Below are positions 62,440 through 64,000 of a DNA stretch of 64,000 nucleotides, piece by piece. The notes under the pieces were generated by a model. The model worked only from the letters and a program-made list of their open reading frames with translations. It was not told the origin of the DNA and searched no databases. The stretch comes from Squalus acanthias (taxonomy: Eukaryota): positions 32,180,001 to 32,244,000 of the forward strand of contig CM059432.1 of the NCBI GenBank assembly GCA_030390025.1. Direction: 5' to 3'. The first letter of the stretch is position 1. Each line of letters opens with the position of its first letter. The position numbers were made by a program, and so were the translations under genes.

Positions 62440-62835
62440 GTCATAGCAAGTTACTGGATTAGCAATCTAGTAGGCCTTGACTAGTAATCCAGGTAATGTG
62501 AGTTCAAATCCCACCATAGCAATTGAGAACTTGAATTTGTTTATAAAAAAATCAGGAAATAAAAATCTGGTATCAATAAATGTGACCATTAAGCTGTTGG
62601 ATTGTCGTAAAAGTCCAACTGGTTCACTAATGTCCTTTAAGGAAGGAAACCTGCCTTGCTTATTCAGTCTGACCTATATGTGATTCCAGTCTCACACAAA
62701 TGTGATTGACTCTTAACTGTCCTCTGCAGTGGCCTAACAAGCCACTCAGCTGTATCAAACTGCTACAATCAGGGCAACTAGGGATGGGCAATAAATGTCG
62801 GCCTTGCCAGCTCATGCCCACATCATGAGAATTTA
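62440..62835 (+). mobile_element. SINE family B
   Basis: gagttcaaatccc B box; gggatgggcaataaatg tail. Confidence 0.8.
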
Positions 62836-63552
62836 TAAAGAAAAAGTCCCTGTTTGGGAAAAATTTAGCAAACATCATCGGTGCAAAGGCTACCTGTTTC
62901 CATAATCTTCCATGTGCATTTCCAGGCACAGACAGGAAACGTAGAGGGAATGGGGTCAAGGAGTCACAGTGACAATAGAAGGGAAATGTTTGAGTTGGTA
63001 GAGAACATCTGATTATAATCTAACTCCACAGCAAGGGAGGGCAAGTCTACGGATGCTCATTTTTGAGTGTTGTTTTTCACTGAGGTAATTCAGACAGCTG
63101 AATGGGGAACCTTGAGTAAAAAAATGATACCTGATATGGCGATGTCAAAGGTCAAAGAACAGAGGTCGACGGTGATAACCATACTCACAGCATTGGATTT
63201 TAGAAAACGGTTTTACAGGGTTTTTAAAAAATATCTTCAGCAGCTTCTTGTTGTTTTAGAAGATTTTATTGAGTGTCACCATTATGGAGGAACCATGTTC
63301 TGGCTAAGAAGCAAATGGGAATGTCAAAGGTCAAAGATCAGTGGTCAGTGGTGATAACCAAAATCAAAGCAAATGGATTCTAGAAATTGCTTTTACAGGA
63401 TTCTAATTTTTTTTTAGCTTCTTGTCAGTTTAGATGATTTTAATGCGAGTCACCATCGCGGAGAGAACTGAGAAGCAAAATTCTGTCTTTATTTTGCTGT
63501 TCCAAAGAAGCTTCCTGTTTGTCAATTTGTTCTTTTTTTATAGTCATATTTC

Positions 63553-63830
63553 CTCAGTATCAGCCCCTGTACTACAGCACACTCTAGGTAAAGAAAAACT
63601 ATTCACTCCCATCTCTTACCATGTTTGTCTCAGTGTCAGCTCCCGTACATGTACAGTGCACACTGGGTAAAAGGGACCAATTCACCTTCGTCTGGTACTG
63701 TACAGCTTGTGTTTCTCAGTTTCAGCTCCTGTACATATACAGTACACAGCGGATAAAAGGGAACGATTCACTCCCGTCTGGTACTGTACATTTTGTGTGT
63801 GTTTCAGTGTCAGCCCCTGTACTTGTACAG
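63553..63830 (+). repeat. Degenerate ~75-90 bp tandem repeat (about 3.5 units)
   Basis: tcagt(a/g/t)tcagc(c/t)cc..gtac..acag..ggtaaa..attcactccc.tct at ~63553, 63629, 63714 and 63803. Confidence 0.7.
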
Positions 63831-64000
63831 TCTTCTTCTCTTCTTAGGCAGTCCCTCGGAACCGAGGATGACTTGCTTCCACGTTAAAAATGAGTTCGCA
63901 GGTGACTGATGAGTCCAATGCAGGACCTACAGTCTCTGTCACAGGTGGGGCAGACGGTGGTTGAAGGGGCAGGTGGGTGGGGTGCTTGGGTTGACTTGCG
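63831..64000 (-). mobile_element. RTE LINE 3' end (runs off the window)
   Basis: cttcttctcttcttaggcagtccctcggaaccgaggatgac is the reverse complement of 14982-15023. Confidence 0.9.

Overview
Repeat-dense, non-coding vertebrate DNA, most likely from a cartilaginous fish (shark), judged from the repeat repertoire; this is an inference. No host protein-coding gene is recognisable. Every long ORF with a recognisable product belongs to a transposable element. Contents: (1) deeply nested CR1-clade LINEs, including a near-full-length copy with SGNH-esterase ORF1, APE endonuclease and RT; (2) L2 and RTE LINE fragments and two tRNA-derived SINE families; (3) two families of Penelope-like elements (GIY-YIG fragments) whose pseudo-LTRs carry minimal hammerhead ribozyme motifs; (4) three decayed PIF/Harbinger elements (DDE transposase and/or spliced Myb/SANT gene) plus several MITEs with 3-bp TSDs; (5) two minisatellites and several small duplications and hairpins; (6) one candidate regulatory cluster (RFX X-box, E-boxes, splice donor) near 35.0-35.5 kb. 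The most notable structures are a ~1-kb Penelope fold-back with two mirror-image hammerheads, a Penelope insertion carrying a 239-bp copy of neighbouring genomic DNA, two DNA transposons that landed within a few bases of the same hammerhead cleavage site, and a 5'-inverted RTE. All alignments were done by eye. Boundaries without a quoted TSD are approximate.
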